This document shows positions 30,800-40,946 of a stretch of DNA of 64,000 nt, one piece after another (positions within the stretch are counted from its first letter, which is position 1; each line of letters starts with the position of its first letter). Below the pieces are notes generated by a model. That model ran no database searches. It had not been told where the DNA came from and worked only from the letters and a program-made list of their open reading frames with translations. The position numbers and the translations under genes are program-made. The DNA comes from an uncultured archaeon (GTDB lineage Archaea; Thermoproteota; Nitrososphaeria; Nitrososphaerales; Gagatemarchaeaceae), in the NCBI GenBank assembly GCA_963817525.1, contig CAWFOU010000001.1:480001-544000 (forward strand). Direction: 5' to 3'.

Positions 30800-31663
30800 C
30801 TATCCCCACTCTCTCGGATACCTCCAGTCTGAGCCGTGGGAACGAGAGCTTAGCTTGAAGACAACTGGAGGATAGCGTTTGTGCTGGGTTCTCCGCACCT
30901 GATCGATGATGCGCTCGACGTTCGACATCGGAATTCCTAGCTCGGCGGCTATCGATTCGCCGTCCCAGCCCAGGTCGAATCGGCGAAAGAGAATCCTGTC
31001 GAGAGTAGGATAGTCGATACCCAACTCAGACTCCGCGGACTGCCCTTCCCATAGCGCCGGCGACGGCAACTTGAGGAATACCCTCTTCGGAATGCCCACC
31101 TCCGCAGCTATTTGTCTGACCTGAGACTTGTAAACGTCGCCGATCGGAAGGAGGTCAGCGCCTCCGTCTCCGAACTTGGTGAAATATCCGATTGTGATCT
31201 CCGACTTGTCCCCTGTTCCGATGACTAGGCCTGACAGGGCGCCGGCGAAGCCGTGAAGCAATATCATTCGCACTCTTGCCTTGATGTTGGCAATCGTTAG
31301 TCTATCTTGTCGTCGTCCGAGCGAGGAGGCAAGCTCCTCGACGTGCCTGTCGATTGATATCGTATGGCAGTTATCTTCGGGGATCCCGAGCACCTCGATG
31401 ATGCCGTTAGCATCCTCTATGTCTTCCTGCGGGGTCGATTCGCTGGGAAGCAGGTAAAGGTGGGTGTTCAGCCGTCCGATGGCCTTGGTGGACAGGTAGG
31501 CTACCAAAGCCGAATCGACGCCGCCGCTGAGCCCGATGATCGCCTGGCCCCTCCCCGAGTATTCGTTTATGTACAACGCGATGCGTCTTGCAAGGTAGTC
31601 CGTCACCCTGGCGGTGTTGACCTTTAGTTCGCGCGGCACGATTTCGTCGAGCCGAGGGGTCAT
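30800..31663 (-). CDS. nadE: NAD+ synthetase
   Basis: GLSGGVDS, NIKARVRM, GTGDKSE, YFTKFGDG and TQHKR. Confidence 0.93.
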   Translation of the reverse strand: MTPRLDEIVPRELKVNTARVTDYLARRIALYINEYSGRGQAIIGLSGGVDSALVAYLSTKAIGRLNTHLYLLPSESTPQEDIEDANGIIEVLGIPEDNCHTISIDRHVEELASSLGRRQDRLTIANIKARVRMILLHGFAGALSGLVIGTGDKSEITIGYFTKFGDGGADLLPIGDVYKSQVRQIAAEVGIPKRVFLKLPSPALWEGQSAESELGIDYPTLDRILFRRFDLGWDGESIAAELGIPMSNVERIIDQVRRTQHKRYPPVVFKLSSRSHGSDWRYPREWG

Positions 31664-32507
31664 AGGTCTCGGAGTACCTCGTGAAACCCTGCCCTATAGT
31701 CTCTGAATGAGGAATATCTCCTAGCCCTCTTCACCTCGTCCAAGTCGATGTCGGTTATGAGCAAATCGCTCACATCCTTCTTCGCTCTGACCACCACATC
31801 TCCCGTTGGAGACACCAGCGTCGACCCACCCCAGAAAAACTCCTCGTCTTCTGCCCCTACGCGGTTCACGAAGGCGACGAACACGTTGCTCATCAACGCG
31901 TGTGCCCTCAATAGCGACAGCCATTGGGATTCGATGGGTAGAACGCCGCTAGGCTCGCTCCTCCCTATCCCTCGTGCAGGAGACGAGGCAAGGCAGAATA
32001 CGACTTCAGCACCCAACCTCGCCAGCGCTTGTATTGGCTCAGGATGCCAAGCATCTTCGCAGATTATCACGCCGAAGTTGCACTTGGGACTTGGGAAGAC
32101 CTTCAAGTCAATCTTCGGATTGCCTGGCAGGAAGTATCGTAGCTCCTCAAAAAGTCCGTAGGTCGGCAGGAAGAACTTTGAGGTCGACCCCAGCACCTTT
32201 CCGTCTCCTATGATAGCGGCAGAGTTCTGGATAAGGCCGAGAGAGTCTTGTTTGACATAGCCACAAATCACGCGTTGCCCCGTCGCCGTACTCCGAGCAA
32301 GACCTGCTAACGCGACCTCGCAATCGCCCACCACCTCGTACGCCAAGTCCTTGAGCGAATAGCCCGAAAGGGACACTCCGGGAAGCAAGTCAAATGTACC
32401 CCTTCGTCCCACGCCTTCTTCATCGTCTTGGCGTGCTTCTTCGCGTTTTCCTTCACACCGCCTATTCTGGAGGGTAGCTGGGCGAGACCGATCCTTGCCC
32501 CTCTCAT
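31660..32507 (-). CDS. Nitrilase/carbon-nitrogen hydrolase, likely glutaminase partner of NadE (frameshift near 32370)
   Basis: RIGLAQL...CFPE in one frame; SLSGY, KFFLPTYGLFEE and ICEDAWH in another; overlaps the nadE start. Confidence 0.85.
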
Positions 32508-33838
32508 GGGTCAATGACCCTATTGGATACCATGTCCCGACCCAGAGCGATGTATTTGGAGGGTTCGCTCGGTCCGTTGCCGTCGAGCGTTCTCCAACAG
32601 TCCACGACCACTTTCTTCGACAACGTGGATCTATCGATTTTTGAAAAGGCCGCCCAGGGAGTCCCTATCACGCACAGGTCGCTTTTTGCTACACACTTCT
32701 CCGCCGTGGCCTCAAATTTCAGTTTCGAAGACCCTCGGAAGAGCCGCGGGTCAACTGCCGGGTCGTAGACGTGTACCTCGTAGCCCTCCTCAGCGAGGGC
32801 CTCTGCGAGCATGAGAGACTGCGAGGCTTCAGTGACGTTCGTGTTGGGCTTGTAGGTAACGCCGAGTATCCCAATTCTCCTTAGACCTGCGGGAATGTTT
32901 TGACCGACCAGCTTCTTGATCCGTTCAACCTGTCTTACGTTGACCTGGTCGGTCGCGCGAGCCAAGTCTGGTGCAACTCCCGCTCTCTTGGCGAATCTTA
33001 CGAAGGCGACGTTGTCTCTGGGGAAACATGGACCGCCGTATCCGATGGCTCCCTTCAGGTAGGCGGGGCCAATCCTCCTGTCCTTCCCTATGGCTTGGGT
33101 GATTGTGTCCACATCGCCGCCCGGAATTTTTTCGCATATCTCGGCCAAAGTGTTGGCAAAGCTCATTTTCATGGTTACGAAGGCGTTGACGGATATCTTC
33201 GCCACTTCGGCGTTCAAGAAAGACATCCGCTCCACCGGCGCGGAATTGCCGCACACCTGGCGATGAATGTCCGCCAAGACGTCTCCCGACCTCTTGTCAG
33301 ACTCCCCTACCAAGACGAGATCAGGATAGCGCAGGCCCTTGATTACATCCCCGAGGGCGATGAATTCGGGGTTGTAGCAAAGACCAAAATCCTTTCCGCA
33401 CTTCTTCCCCGACTCTTTCTCGAGTGTAGGAAGGACGTCTTTGTCCATCGACCCGGGCATGACGGTGCTGGTCAGGACGACTAGGTGGTATCCTGCCTTC
33501 TTTGAAATGGCCTTTCCCACGCGCCTCATCGCCCCTTTCACAAACTTCAGAGAGAATCCTCCCGACGCGTCGCTTGGGGTGGGCACGACCACGAAAGTCG
33601 CTTGAGTTTCGGCTATCGCCGCGTCGTAATTTGAGGTGGCCGCAAGCGAAGCGCGATTCAGAGCTATCATTTCGGCTAGACCTTTCTCGTATATTGGCGA
33701 CTCGGCCCTGTTGACAGCGGCGACCTTCGGTCCGTCCACATCCACACCGGTCACGTTGAAGCCTCGGTCAGCCAAGACGGCAGCCAAGCACAGTCCGAGC
33801 TTTCCCAAGCCTACTACCGAGATCCGTTTGACAATCAC
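32504..33838 (-). CDS. UDP-glucose/GDP-mannose dehydrogenase family protein
   Basis: VVGLGKLG, VPTP, STVMPG, YNPEFIALG, GYGGPCFPRD and GVTYKPNT. Confidence 0.93.
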   Translation of the reverse strand: MIVKRISVVGLGKLGLCLAAVLADRGFNVTGVDVDGPKVAAVNRAESPIYEKGLAEMIALNRASLAATSNYDAAIAETQATFVVVPTPSDASGGFSLKFVKGAMRRVGKAISKKAGYHLVVLTSTVMPGSMDKDVLPTLEKESGKKCGKDFGLCYNPEFIALGDVIKGLRYPDLVLVGESDKRSGDVLADIHRQVCGNSAPVERMSFLNAEVAKISVNAFVTMKMSFANTLAEICEKIPGGDVDTITQAIGKDRRIGPAYLKGAIGYGGPCFPRDNVAFVRFAKRAGVAPDLARATDQVNVRQVERIKKLVGQNIPAGLRRIGILGVTYKPNTNVTEASQSLMLAEALAEEGYEVHVYDPAVDPRLFRGSSKLKFEATAEKCVAKSDLCVIGTPWAAFSKIDRSTLSKKVVVDCWRTLDGNGPSEPSKYIALGRDMVSNRVIDP

Positions 33839-33889
33839 CGTATCTGCTCACCCTCAAGGATGTCGCATCGGCGCAGATTCGCCACGACC

Positions 33890-34979
33890 TCACGCCCGTT
33901 CGACGCGAAGCAATGTGGGGCTCTTGCTTTCCGCCGGGTAGGGTTGGGCGATCGTCTGCGCCTTCGGCCCTCTGCGTTGTTCGCTGTGCCATTCAATCGT
34001 CCGTCGAAGACCTTCCTCGATGTCGATTTGCGGTTCCCATCCAAGATTCCTGGCCAGTGTTATGTCAAGAGCCCGACTGAATGGCCCCTCTGGCTTGCTC
34101 CTATCGTACCGAACCCGTTTTGGGCTGTGACCCGAAATCTGGAGTATTAGGTTGGCTACGTCCTTAATCCTGTATCTCTTGTCCCATCCAAGGTTCACGG
34201 GCGATGCGTCGTTGATCTTTTCGGCAGCCAATATGGAGCCATTGACGATATCGTCGACGTAGGTGAACCCCCTCTCCTGGTTCCCCGAACCCCATACCTC
34301 ATAGGGATCCATCCTATTCAGTGCCTTCTCTACGAGGCCGGCGATTGCGTGACTGGCGTCCAGCCCCAAGGCCCATAACTGTTAGGTACCGATTCACAGA
34401 TGACTTGAAACCGTGTTCGGTGTGGAACGCCGAAAGCTGCATCTCCCCCATTAGTTTCGCGAATCCGTACAAATTGTCGCTGCTCCGCCATCCTTCACCT
34501 CTGCTCAGAATGTCATCCTCGCTCAACAAATGCTCTGGATTGTTTAGAGAAGGCGGATACACGCAAGCGCTGGACGCGTAGTGGAGGTGCTCGATGCCTG
34601 CTTCGCATGACGCGCTAATCGCGTTATCGTCGATTGCGAGCATCCTCGAGCACTCGGACTGGTGCACATCAACAAACTCCCTTCCTCCGAACACTGCGGC
34701 AAGGTGAAACACGACATCATGGGCCTCCGCCAGCAACTGGAATCGGTCGCGCTCAGTCGAGAGATCAATGCATTTCAGCTGCGCCGTCTCAATTCCATGC
34801 CTCGAGTATATTTCGCTGAGTCGAGCTAGCTTTGCCTGCCAAATCCATGACTTTTCCATCGAGACCAGCTTGTCCACGACGGTGACCGATGCCCCCAACG
34901 CCAAGAGTCGGTCGACCAGCGAGCTTCCGATGAACCCGGCTCCGCCGGTCACGATCACACGGCGTTTTGACCAGTTCAA
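33890..34979 (-). CDS. NAD-dependent nucleotide-sugar epimerase/dehydratase (frameshift near 34365)
   Basis: VTGGAGFIGS, SSACVYP and YGFAK, then WGSGNQERGFTYVDD in another frame; 3' end uncertain. Confidence 0.85.
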
Positions 34980-35103
34980 CCTTGCGATACAGCCCTCGGA
35001 AAAAGTCGAGGAAGTTGGCTTATAACTAGGGTAGGCGCCGAAATCCAGATTTCTAATCCGTAAGGAATAACTTTGCAAGTCCTTTGAAAGCGTCGAGGAC
35101 TCG

Positions 35104-36138
35104 ATGGTTTTTGCCGAAAGCAGGGTAAGCGACCTAGCGAGCGTCAGCGTCGTGGTCTCATTCCTCAATTCGGCCAGGACTGTAAGGGAATGCTTGATGA
35201 AGGTTCTTCGCCAAGATTATCCTGCTGACCTCTTTGAAGTAGTGGTCGTCGACGGTGGCTCCACCGACGGCTCTCTTGAAATCTGCAAGCAGTTGGAAAA
35301 GGAGTTCGACAATTTCAGGCTCATCGTGAGTCATGGCTGCAGCGAATCTGAAGGCCAGATGATTGGTACAGGAAGCTCTAACTCTGACGTAATCATGTTC
35401 ACGAATTCGGACATCTACGTGCCTGGTTCCTGGATCAAGAAACACGTGGATTGGTTGAAAGGCGGCTATGATTTGGTCGGAGGCAAAGTATTCTGGGGCG
35501 GGGATAAGTTCGCCTTCACCTGGAATATGCCCAAGCCTGATGCGCCGAGATTTGTACAGGAGCAGGGGCTTGGTTTGGGGTTCTCGAATTGCTCCATCAC
35601 AAGAGCGATGTTCAATCGGGTGGGCGGACTGAGCGACATGAAATCACAGCATGACACCGAGTTCGCTTTTCGAGTTGTGAGGTCTGGAGGAAAGATGGTG
35701 CTAGACCCAGATATTGAAGTGTATCATGATCACCCGTTCAAGTCATTTAAGGGGTCGTTCACTCGCTCATTCGGATATGCTGTCAATCATCTACTCGTAA
35801 TGCGAGTCGTTTACGGCAGGATAGTAACGGGCTCTGGGTCACCCACAATGCTGCCTATCGGCTCTCTGCTCAGAGAATGGACTTGTCTCGCTGGGATTCG
35901 GGCGTACAGAGAAAACAGGTCGAGAGCTCTTCAGGTCGGGATTAGTGTGGGTCTGCCCGAGTTCCTATTCATTAGGCTTTTCTCGACCAAGCTCGGGCAA
36001 ATGACGGGAGTGTTCGCAGGCGCAGTGAAGAGGAAGGGAAGCAAGTCGATAAGGGATCTCCACAGTCGGGCCGAGAAGCCGATTGCAGGGTTGGAAACGG
36101 GGCATCGAGAGATTGGGGAAATGCAGGTGACCGCATGA
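35104..36138 (+). CDS. Glycosyltransferase family 2
   Basis: VSVVV..LNSARTV, EVVVVDGGSTDGS; NSD in place of DxD. Confidence 0.88.
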   Translation: MVFAESRVSDLASVSVVVSFLNSARTVRECLMKVLRQDYPADLFEVVVVDGGSTDGSLEICKQLEKEFDNFRLIVSHGCSESEGQMIGTGSSNSDVIMFTNSDIYVPGSWIKKHVDWLKGGYDLVGGKVFWGGDKFAFTWNMPKPDAPRFVQEQGLGLGFSNCSITRAMFNRVGGLSDMKSQHDTEFAFRVVRSGGKMVLDPDIEVYHDHPFKSFKGSFTRSFGYAVNHLLVMRVVYGRIVTGSGSPTMLPIGSLLREWTCLAGIRAYRENRSRALQVGISVGLPEFLFIRLFSTKLGQMTGVFAGAVKRKGSKSIRDLHSRAEKPIAGLETGHREIGEMQVTA

Positions 36139-36220
36139 GGCAGGAAGAGCGTGCAAACTCGCTCAGGTGGCCCAGGACGCTTACTTCTCTTGAAAAGCGT
36201 TCGAGCCAGGCTGGATCTTC

Positions 36221-37330
36221 GTGAAGATCTTGAAAGCCGAGCTGAGTCAGCAAGAAGGCTCCAGCCCCCAGCAAGAAATTAAGCAAGTTCGTTCGGACGC
36301 TATTCTGAAGGAAGAGAGGGGGATTACTGGAGCAAGAGGATTGGCCGCGCTCTATGTCTTCTTAGGGCACTTTGTATTCTATTCAGGTTTTACCCCGAAC
36401 CTAGTGACCAACGTTATTGTGTCCGGCGCTAGTGGGGTCGATTTCTTTTTCGTGCTCAGCGCGTATCTGCTGACGAAGAAGATGATGAGGGGCGATTACA
36501 AGAATAAGATGGTCTACTATGCAAGGCGAATCTTCCGTATCTGGCCCACTTACTTCGTCGCTGTGACCGCCTTTGCCGTCCTCGGATTGATGCCGTTCAA
36601 CGTCCTGACATACTTCTTCCTCGTGAACTATCTTCCGTCCACTTTCCTGGCATATCCAACCTGGACGCTCCTCATCGAGGAGCTGTTCTACCTAATCCTC
36701 CCATTGTGGCTCCTCGGTTTCGTGAAGGGAAGATGGAAGGTAGCTGTGCCGGTAATCCTCGCGTTTGAGATGGTCTTTCGAATCTGGGCGCAGCCGTTCT
36801 CAAATGTGACGAGCTACTACAATTGGAGCTTCGAGTCCCGGGTCTTCGACTACGCTCTTGGCACCGCTCTAGGATTGGGAGTTTCGGTTCAAAAGCTGAA
36901 ACAGCTTTCCTCTGGAAGGAGAACCCAACTCCTCAAGTTCGGGGTGGTTCTCGCATTTCTGGCCGCGGGAGAGGCCAGAGGCTGGAGCGATGGTTGGTAC
37001 ACTCCTATCTTGTATTCAGCGATATATTATTGTGCGATTTCCTTCTTCGCCAACTCTTCCTTCTTCACGAACCAGGTCACCCACTTCCTTGGTAGAATCA
37101 GCTATTCATGGTATCTCTATGGGTGGGGGATTACTTACTGGCTCTACTTGCACTCATTATTGACTTCCCAGATTGACTACGCGCTTGGAATCGGAGTCTG
37201 CGTTTTTGGAGCTTCTGTCGCGCTAGCATATGCCTCTTACAGGTTCTTGGAGAGGCCCCTAATCCACTATGGCAAGACACTTTTCGAACCGAAGAGTAAG
37301 CCCACCTTGCCCAATCCGGGAAAGGTTTAG
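36221..37330 (+). CDS. Acyltransferase family 3 (OafA-like O-acetyltransferase)
   Basis: GARGLAAL..GH, GVDFFFVLSAYL, RRIFRIWP, WTLLIEELFY and LGRISYSWYL. Confidence 0.92.
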   Translation: MKILKAELSQQEGSSPQQEIKQVRSDAILKEERGITGARGLAALYVFLGHFVFYSGFTPNLVTNVIVSGASGVDFFFVLSAYLLTKKMMRGDYKNKMVYYARRIFRIWPTYFVAVTAFAVLGLMPFNVLTYFFLVNYLPSTFLAYPTWTLLIEELFYLILPLWLLGFVKGRWKVAVPVILAFEMVFRIWAQPFSNVTSYYNWSFESRVFDYALGTALGLGVSVQKLKQLSSGRRTQLLKFGVVLAFLAAGEARGWSDGWYTPILYSAIYYCAISFFANSSFFTNQVTHFLGRISYSWYLYGWGITYWLYLHSLLTSQIDYALGIGVCVFGASVALAYASYRFLERPLIHYGKTLFEPKSKPTLPNPGKV

Positions 37331-37382
37331 TCATCGAGCGGCGCTAATCTCGAATCTCAAAATGGCCGCGCAAAAGCACTTG

Positions 37383-38156
37383 CTAGGCGGTCACCGACTT
37401 CCTCCCCCTCACAATCAAGTGCCAGCCCAGCTCGTACTCGTCTGCAATGCCGACTTTCACCTTCCTTTGCTTCAACGTGTCGATGACGTCGTACCGGATC
37501 TGCATCGATATCTGTCGGAAGTGACCATCCAGCAATTCGCGAACATCATTCTTCGTATATGCTTTGGTGTAGGGGCACCCTTCCACCCTCTCAGAGTATC
37601 TCGAGACCAGCTCCTCCTCGCTGCGACCCGAGGTCCTATGCAGGGACAAGATTGAGTAGGCATAGAGCAGGCTGTCCTTGTTGTACAACATGCAGATCAA
37701 CTCGCCTCGTTTGGCCAGCTTCTTGGATATTTCCTTGATTACTGGTCCGGCCTCGCGGATGTGATGCAGGACCCCGAACGAATACACGCAATCAAAAACA
37801 CCATCTCTGAAAGGCAGGTTTTGCGCTGCGGCCCGTATCACGTTGAAGGATTTGACTTTGGCCTCGGCGAGGGTGTTTAGCGTGGCTTTCGTTCCCGTTT
37901 CAGTGAAGTCGAGGCATACAATATCCGCTCCATATTTGCCGAATTCGGCGGAATCTATCCCCGAGCCACTCCCAATCTCTAAGACTCGTTTTCCAGCAAA
38001 TTCGGTGAATGGGATGGCTCCGAGCATGTAATCCTGAAGCTCGTATCGCAGGCGTCTTCGCTCTTGGTAGGTGAGGTTCTCCTTATTGAACGTCCATGGC
38101 ACGGTCTTCTCCCAGTAGTCGACGAAAGCGACACCGTCCTTCGGGTTATCCTTCAT
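37383..38156 (-). CDS. Class I SAM-dependent methyltransferase
   Basis: VLEIGSGSG, LPFRDGVFDCVYSFGVLHH. Confidence 0.88.
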   Translation of the reverse strand: MKDNPKDGVAFVDYWEKTVPWTFNKENLTYQERRRLRYELQDYMLGAIPFTEFAGKRVLEIGSGSGIDSAEFGKYGADIVCLDFTETGTKATLNTLAEAKVKSFNVIRAAAQNLPFRDGVFDCVYSFGVLHHIREAGPVIKEISKKLAKRGELICMLYNKDSLLYAYSILSLHRTSGRSEEELVSRYSERVEGCPYTKAYTKNDVRELLDGHFRQISMQIRYDVIDTLKQRKVKVGIADEYELGWHLIVRGRKSVTA

Positions 38157-38250
38157 GTCTCATCCTAGATCACTTGGATGCAAGTGCGCCTGATGATGGG
38201 CGAAGACTGCGCCTAAAAGGCTAATGAATAATTTCGTCTGACCTTCGCTG

Positions 38251-38290
38251 AAAAGAAGGAGATTGAGGCCCTGCTCTGGCAGGATGCCTC
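38251..38290 (-). terminator. Hairpin plus pyrimidine tract downstream of pilin 1
   Basis: GAGGC-CCTGC/GCAGG-ATGCCTC imperfect stem followed on the minus strand by TCCTTCTTTT. Confidence 0.5.
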
Positions 38291-38312
38291 CCGTTTTCTC
38301 GGTGCGTCTCGT

Positions 38313-38804
38313 CTAGATGAAGGTGCCTGCGAAGATGAGGATGGCGCCGTTGCTCATGGTCACGGTGCCTGTGTAGGACGCGCCTGAGGTTGCGCCCGCG
38401 ACAGCGCCGTCAGTGAGCGTGACGACCATCGGGTTGCCCGTTGCCAGACCTGCCGCGGTCACGACACACGCCGCCGCGAAGGACCAGGTGTACACTGATC
38501 CGCCGTAGGTGATTGACACCGAGGTGGCTGAGGCGGCCGCGGTACCTGTGTTCGTCAAGACGATGTCGTTCGCTGAGGTGGCGGTGGCGCATGCTGCTGT
38601 GCCGGCGCCGGCCGTGCCCACGCCGGTGGCGGTGAGGGCGATTCCCGTGACTTGAATCTCACCGGAGTTGGACGAGGAGCCGAAGATGCCGAACACGAAG
38701 CCACCGATTGCTACTGCTGCAATCAGGGTGACCGCGATGATGAGCACCGTGGCTATGATTGGCGAGATGGCTTTCCTGTTTGAGAACCGTTGCGTGCTGA
38801 ACAT
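38313..38804 (-). CDS. Archaeal major type IV pilin
   Basis: NRKA/ISPIIATVLIIAVTLIAAVAIGGFVFGIF class III signal peptide; Cys pair. Confidence 0.92.
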   Translation of the reverse strand: MFSTQRFSNRKAISPIIATVLIIAVTLIAAVAIGGFVFGIFGSSSNSGEIQVTGIALTATGVGTAGAGTAACATATSANDIVLTNTGTAAASATSVSITYGGSVYTWSFAAACVVTAAGLATGNPMVVTLTDGAVAGATSGASYTGTVTMSNGAILIFAGTFI

Positions 38805-39040
38805 ATCTTCAGTCGCGCATAACAATTGTTGTCCCATATTTACTGCTTGTGAAAATCTAATCTAGAGCATTAACATACGCTATCAACTTTATGGAAATCG
38901 GTTAGCACTAGACCGCGGGCTGGCAAAATCCTTGCCAGTCTGGCTTAGGCCCCCTGGGTCCTTGTCCCGTAAGGCTTGAGACCTCGATTAAGCGGACGCC
39001 CGGACCTGCAACCTGAAAACATAGCTCACGCTGAGGCTAT

Positions 39041-39087
39041 TAAAATAAAAAAGGAGGAGGCTGGAATCCTGTTTTACCAGGATTCCA
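39041..39087 (-). terminator. Hairpin plus T-tract downstream of pilin 2
   Basis: TGGAATCCTG/CAGGATTCCA 10-bp inverted repeat followed on the minus strand by TTTTTTATTTT. Confidence 0.65.
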
Positions 39088-39109
39088 TCTGTACTTTAGT
39101 CCGTCTCGT

Positions 39110-39617
39110 CTAGATGAAGGTGCCTGTGAAGATGAGGATGGCGCCGTTGCTCATGGTCACGGTGCCGGTGTAGGACGCGCCTGTCATTGCGCCACGCGAT
39201 AGCGGCCGTCAGAGAGCGTGACGATCATCGGGTTGCCCGATAGCCTTCGCCTGCCTGCCGGTGCGACGACACACGCCGGCGCGAGAGGACCAGCGTGTAC
39301 ACTGATCCGCCGTACGTGATTGTCACCGACGGTGACTGACGGCGGCCGCGGTACCTGTGTTCGTCAAGACCGATGCTCGTTCGCTGAGCGTGCCGGTGGC
39401 GCATGCTGCTGTGCCGGTGCCGGCCGTGAGAGGTGCCGCGGTGAGGGCGATGTCCTGTGACTTGGACTTGGGCTGAGTTGGACGAGGAGCCGAAGATGCC
39501 GAACACGAAGCCACCGATTGCTACTGCTGCAATCAGGGTGACCGCGATGATGAGCACCGTGGCTATGATTGGCGAGATGGCTTTCCTTTGTGCGTACTTT
39601 CCGTTCCGTATTTTCAT
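39110..39617 (-). pseudogene. Second major pilin copy with many indels in the variable region (pseudogene or assembly artefact)
   Basis: 5' region (KA/ISPII...SSSNS) and 3' end nearly identical to pilin 1; centre frameshifted repeatedly. Confidence 0.75.
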
Positions 39618-39726
39618 TGGTGAGCTGTCTGAGCCCAGTTTGGTATATGAAGCGTGGGAATTACTAGTATGGTTTTCAGGTTCATAGGCCATTATATATG
39701 TCGCAAGCGGCGTTACGGCTCATCTC

Positions 39727-40161
39727 ATGAGTCGCCTCACCGACAGCATCCGAAAGGCGAACGAGAGAGACAGGGAGTTCATCATGAGCCTGAACCTGAA
39801 CTTCCTCGACAAAGTCCTACCGCCCCTATACGCGGCGTTCCTGTGCCTCGACTTCCTCGACGTCTACTCGACCCTCCTCGCGATGAAGAGCAGCTTCGAG
39901 TTCCACGAGCTGAACCCCATAGCGTCAGCCCTCTTCTCGATGAAGTTCGACGGGTTCCTCATTGCGATAGCGTTCAAGTACCTGCCCGCCATCCCGCTCT
40001 TCTACCTGGTCTACGTGAGAGACTCTTCCGGGGCGCACTCCTTCCAGATCCGGCTCGTCAGGTTCGTCGGCCTCGTCTCCCTGATAGCGGCAGACGGCCT
40101 CCTAGGCTACATAGTCGCTTGGAACAACATACCCATTCTCCTCGCGCAGTTCGGGCACTAA
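39727..40161 (+). CDS. DUF5658-like membrane protein
   Basis: FLDVYSTL...ELNPI..AFK pattern with 3 TMs. Confidence 0.7.
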   Translation: MSRLTDSIRKANERDREFIMSLNLNFLDKVLPPLYAAFLCLDFLDVYSTLLAMKSSFEFHELNPIASALFSMKFDGFLIAIAFKYLPAIPLFYLVYVRDSSGAHSFQIRLVRFVGLVSLIAADGLLGYIVAWNNIPILLAQFGH

Positions 40162-40343
40162 CAAGCATATCTCCCGCCGCAAGCGCAGATGAAGTAGCCC
40201 GTCTGCAGATGCAGGAGGAGATGCCGGCGCTCTCTTGGACCCGAGCACGCCGGGCGCCGGGCCTATCTGGCCTTCGTGACTGTTCGTCGGCAGCGCACTC
40301 GTCCGTGCTCCTTTAATATCAGCGTGGAAGTAATCACGTAACC

Positions 40344-40685
40344 ATGGCGGAAAAGGCAATCAGCAGCTCACTTGGCACTCTGAAGAGGGCGGTCCAGCTG
40401 GCGCTGGGGCCCGACCTCGACGCCATCAGGAGGGACCTTGCTGACCTCAAGGGCGAGGTCAAGGTGATTGGAGTGAAGCAGGACGAGATGGACAAGAGGC
40501 TCAATGGCAAGATGGAGGAGATGGACAAGAGGCTCAATGGCAAGATGGAGGAGATGGACAAGAGGAACACTGTCCAGTTTGAATCGATACGAAGCGAACT
40601 AAGAGGGCTCTCCGAGAAAGTGGATTGGGCCAAAGACATAGAGAAGCTCAAGGTCGAAGTCGCCGAGCTGAAGAGGCGGCGGTAG
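40344..40685 (+). CDS. Coiled-coil protein with 11-aa tandem repeat
   Basis: EMDKRLNGKME repeated about 2.5 times. Confidence 0.75.
   Translation: MAEKAISSSLGTLKRAVQLALGPDLDAIRRDLADLKGEVKVIGVKQDEMDKRLNGKMEEMDKRLNGKMEEMDKRNTVQFESIRSELRGLSEKVDWAKDIEKLKVEVAELKRRR
40485..40565 (+). repeat. 33-bp perfect tandem repeat, about 2.5 copies, in frame
   Basis: GAGATGGACAAGAGGCTCAATGGCAAGATGGAG. Confidence 0.9.
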
Positions 40686-40946
40686 CCACGTGCCGATTGC
40701 GCTGAAGAGCTAGCCCAGGCCCGCCCGTCCCCATCACACAAACGACCAGCTTCTGCTAGCCATAGGGAGCGTCCGAATGCCGCGCGTGGTGAGGAGAGGC
40801 TCTCCCTCTGCAGCCGAAGGGGCACCGGAGCGGGATCGAGCGCCTGTTGATGCTTTGTGCCTCGCCAAGCGCCCGCCGGGGTGAGAATAGACATGAATTC
40901 CTGATACACAAACCTATTAATCGGCGGGAGGACTCGCGTTCTGGTC

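Noticed and set aside
40485-40565. CRISPR array
   Set aside because: Repeats are contiguous with no spacers and lie in frame within a CDS.
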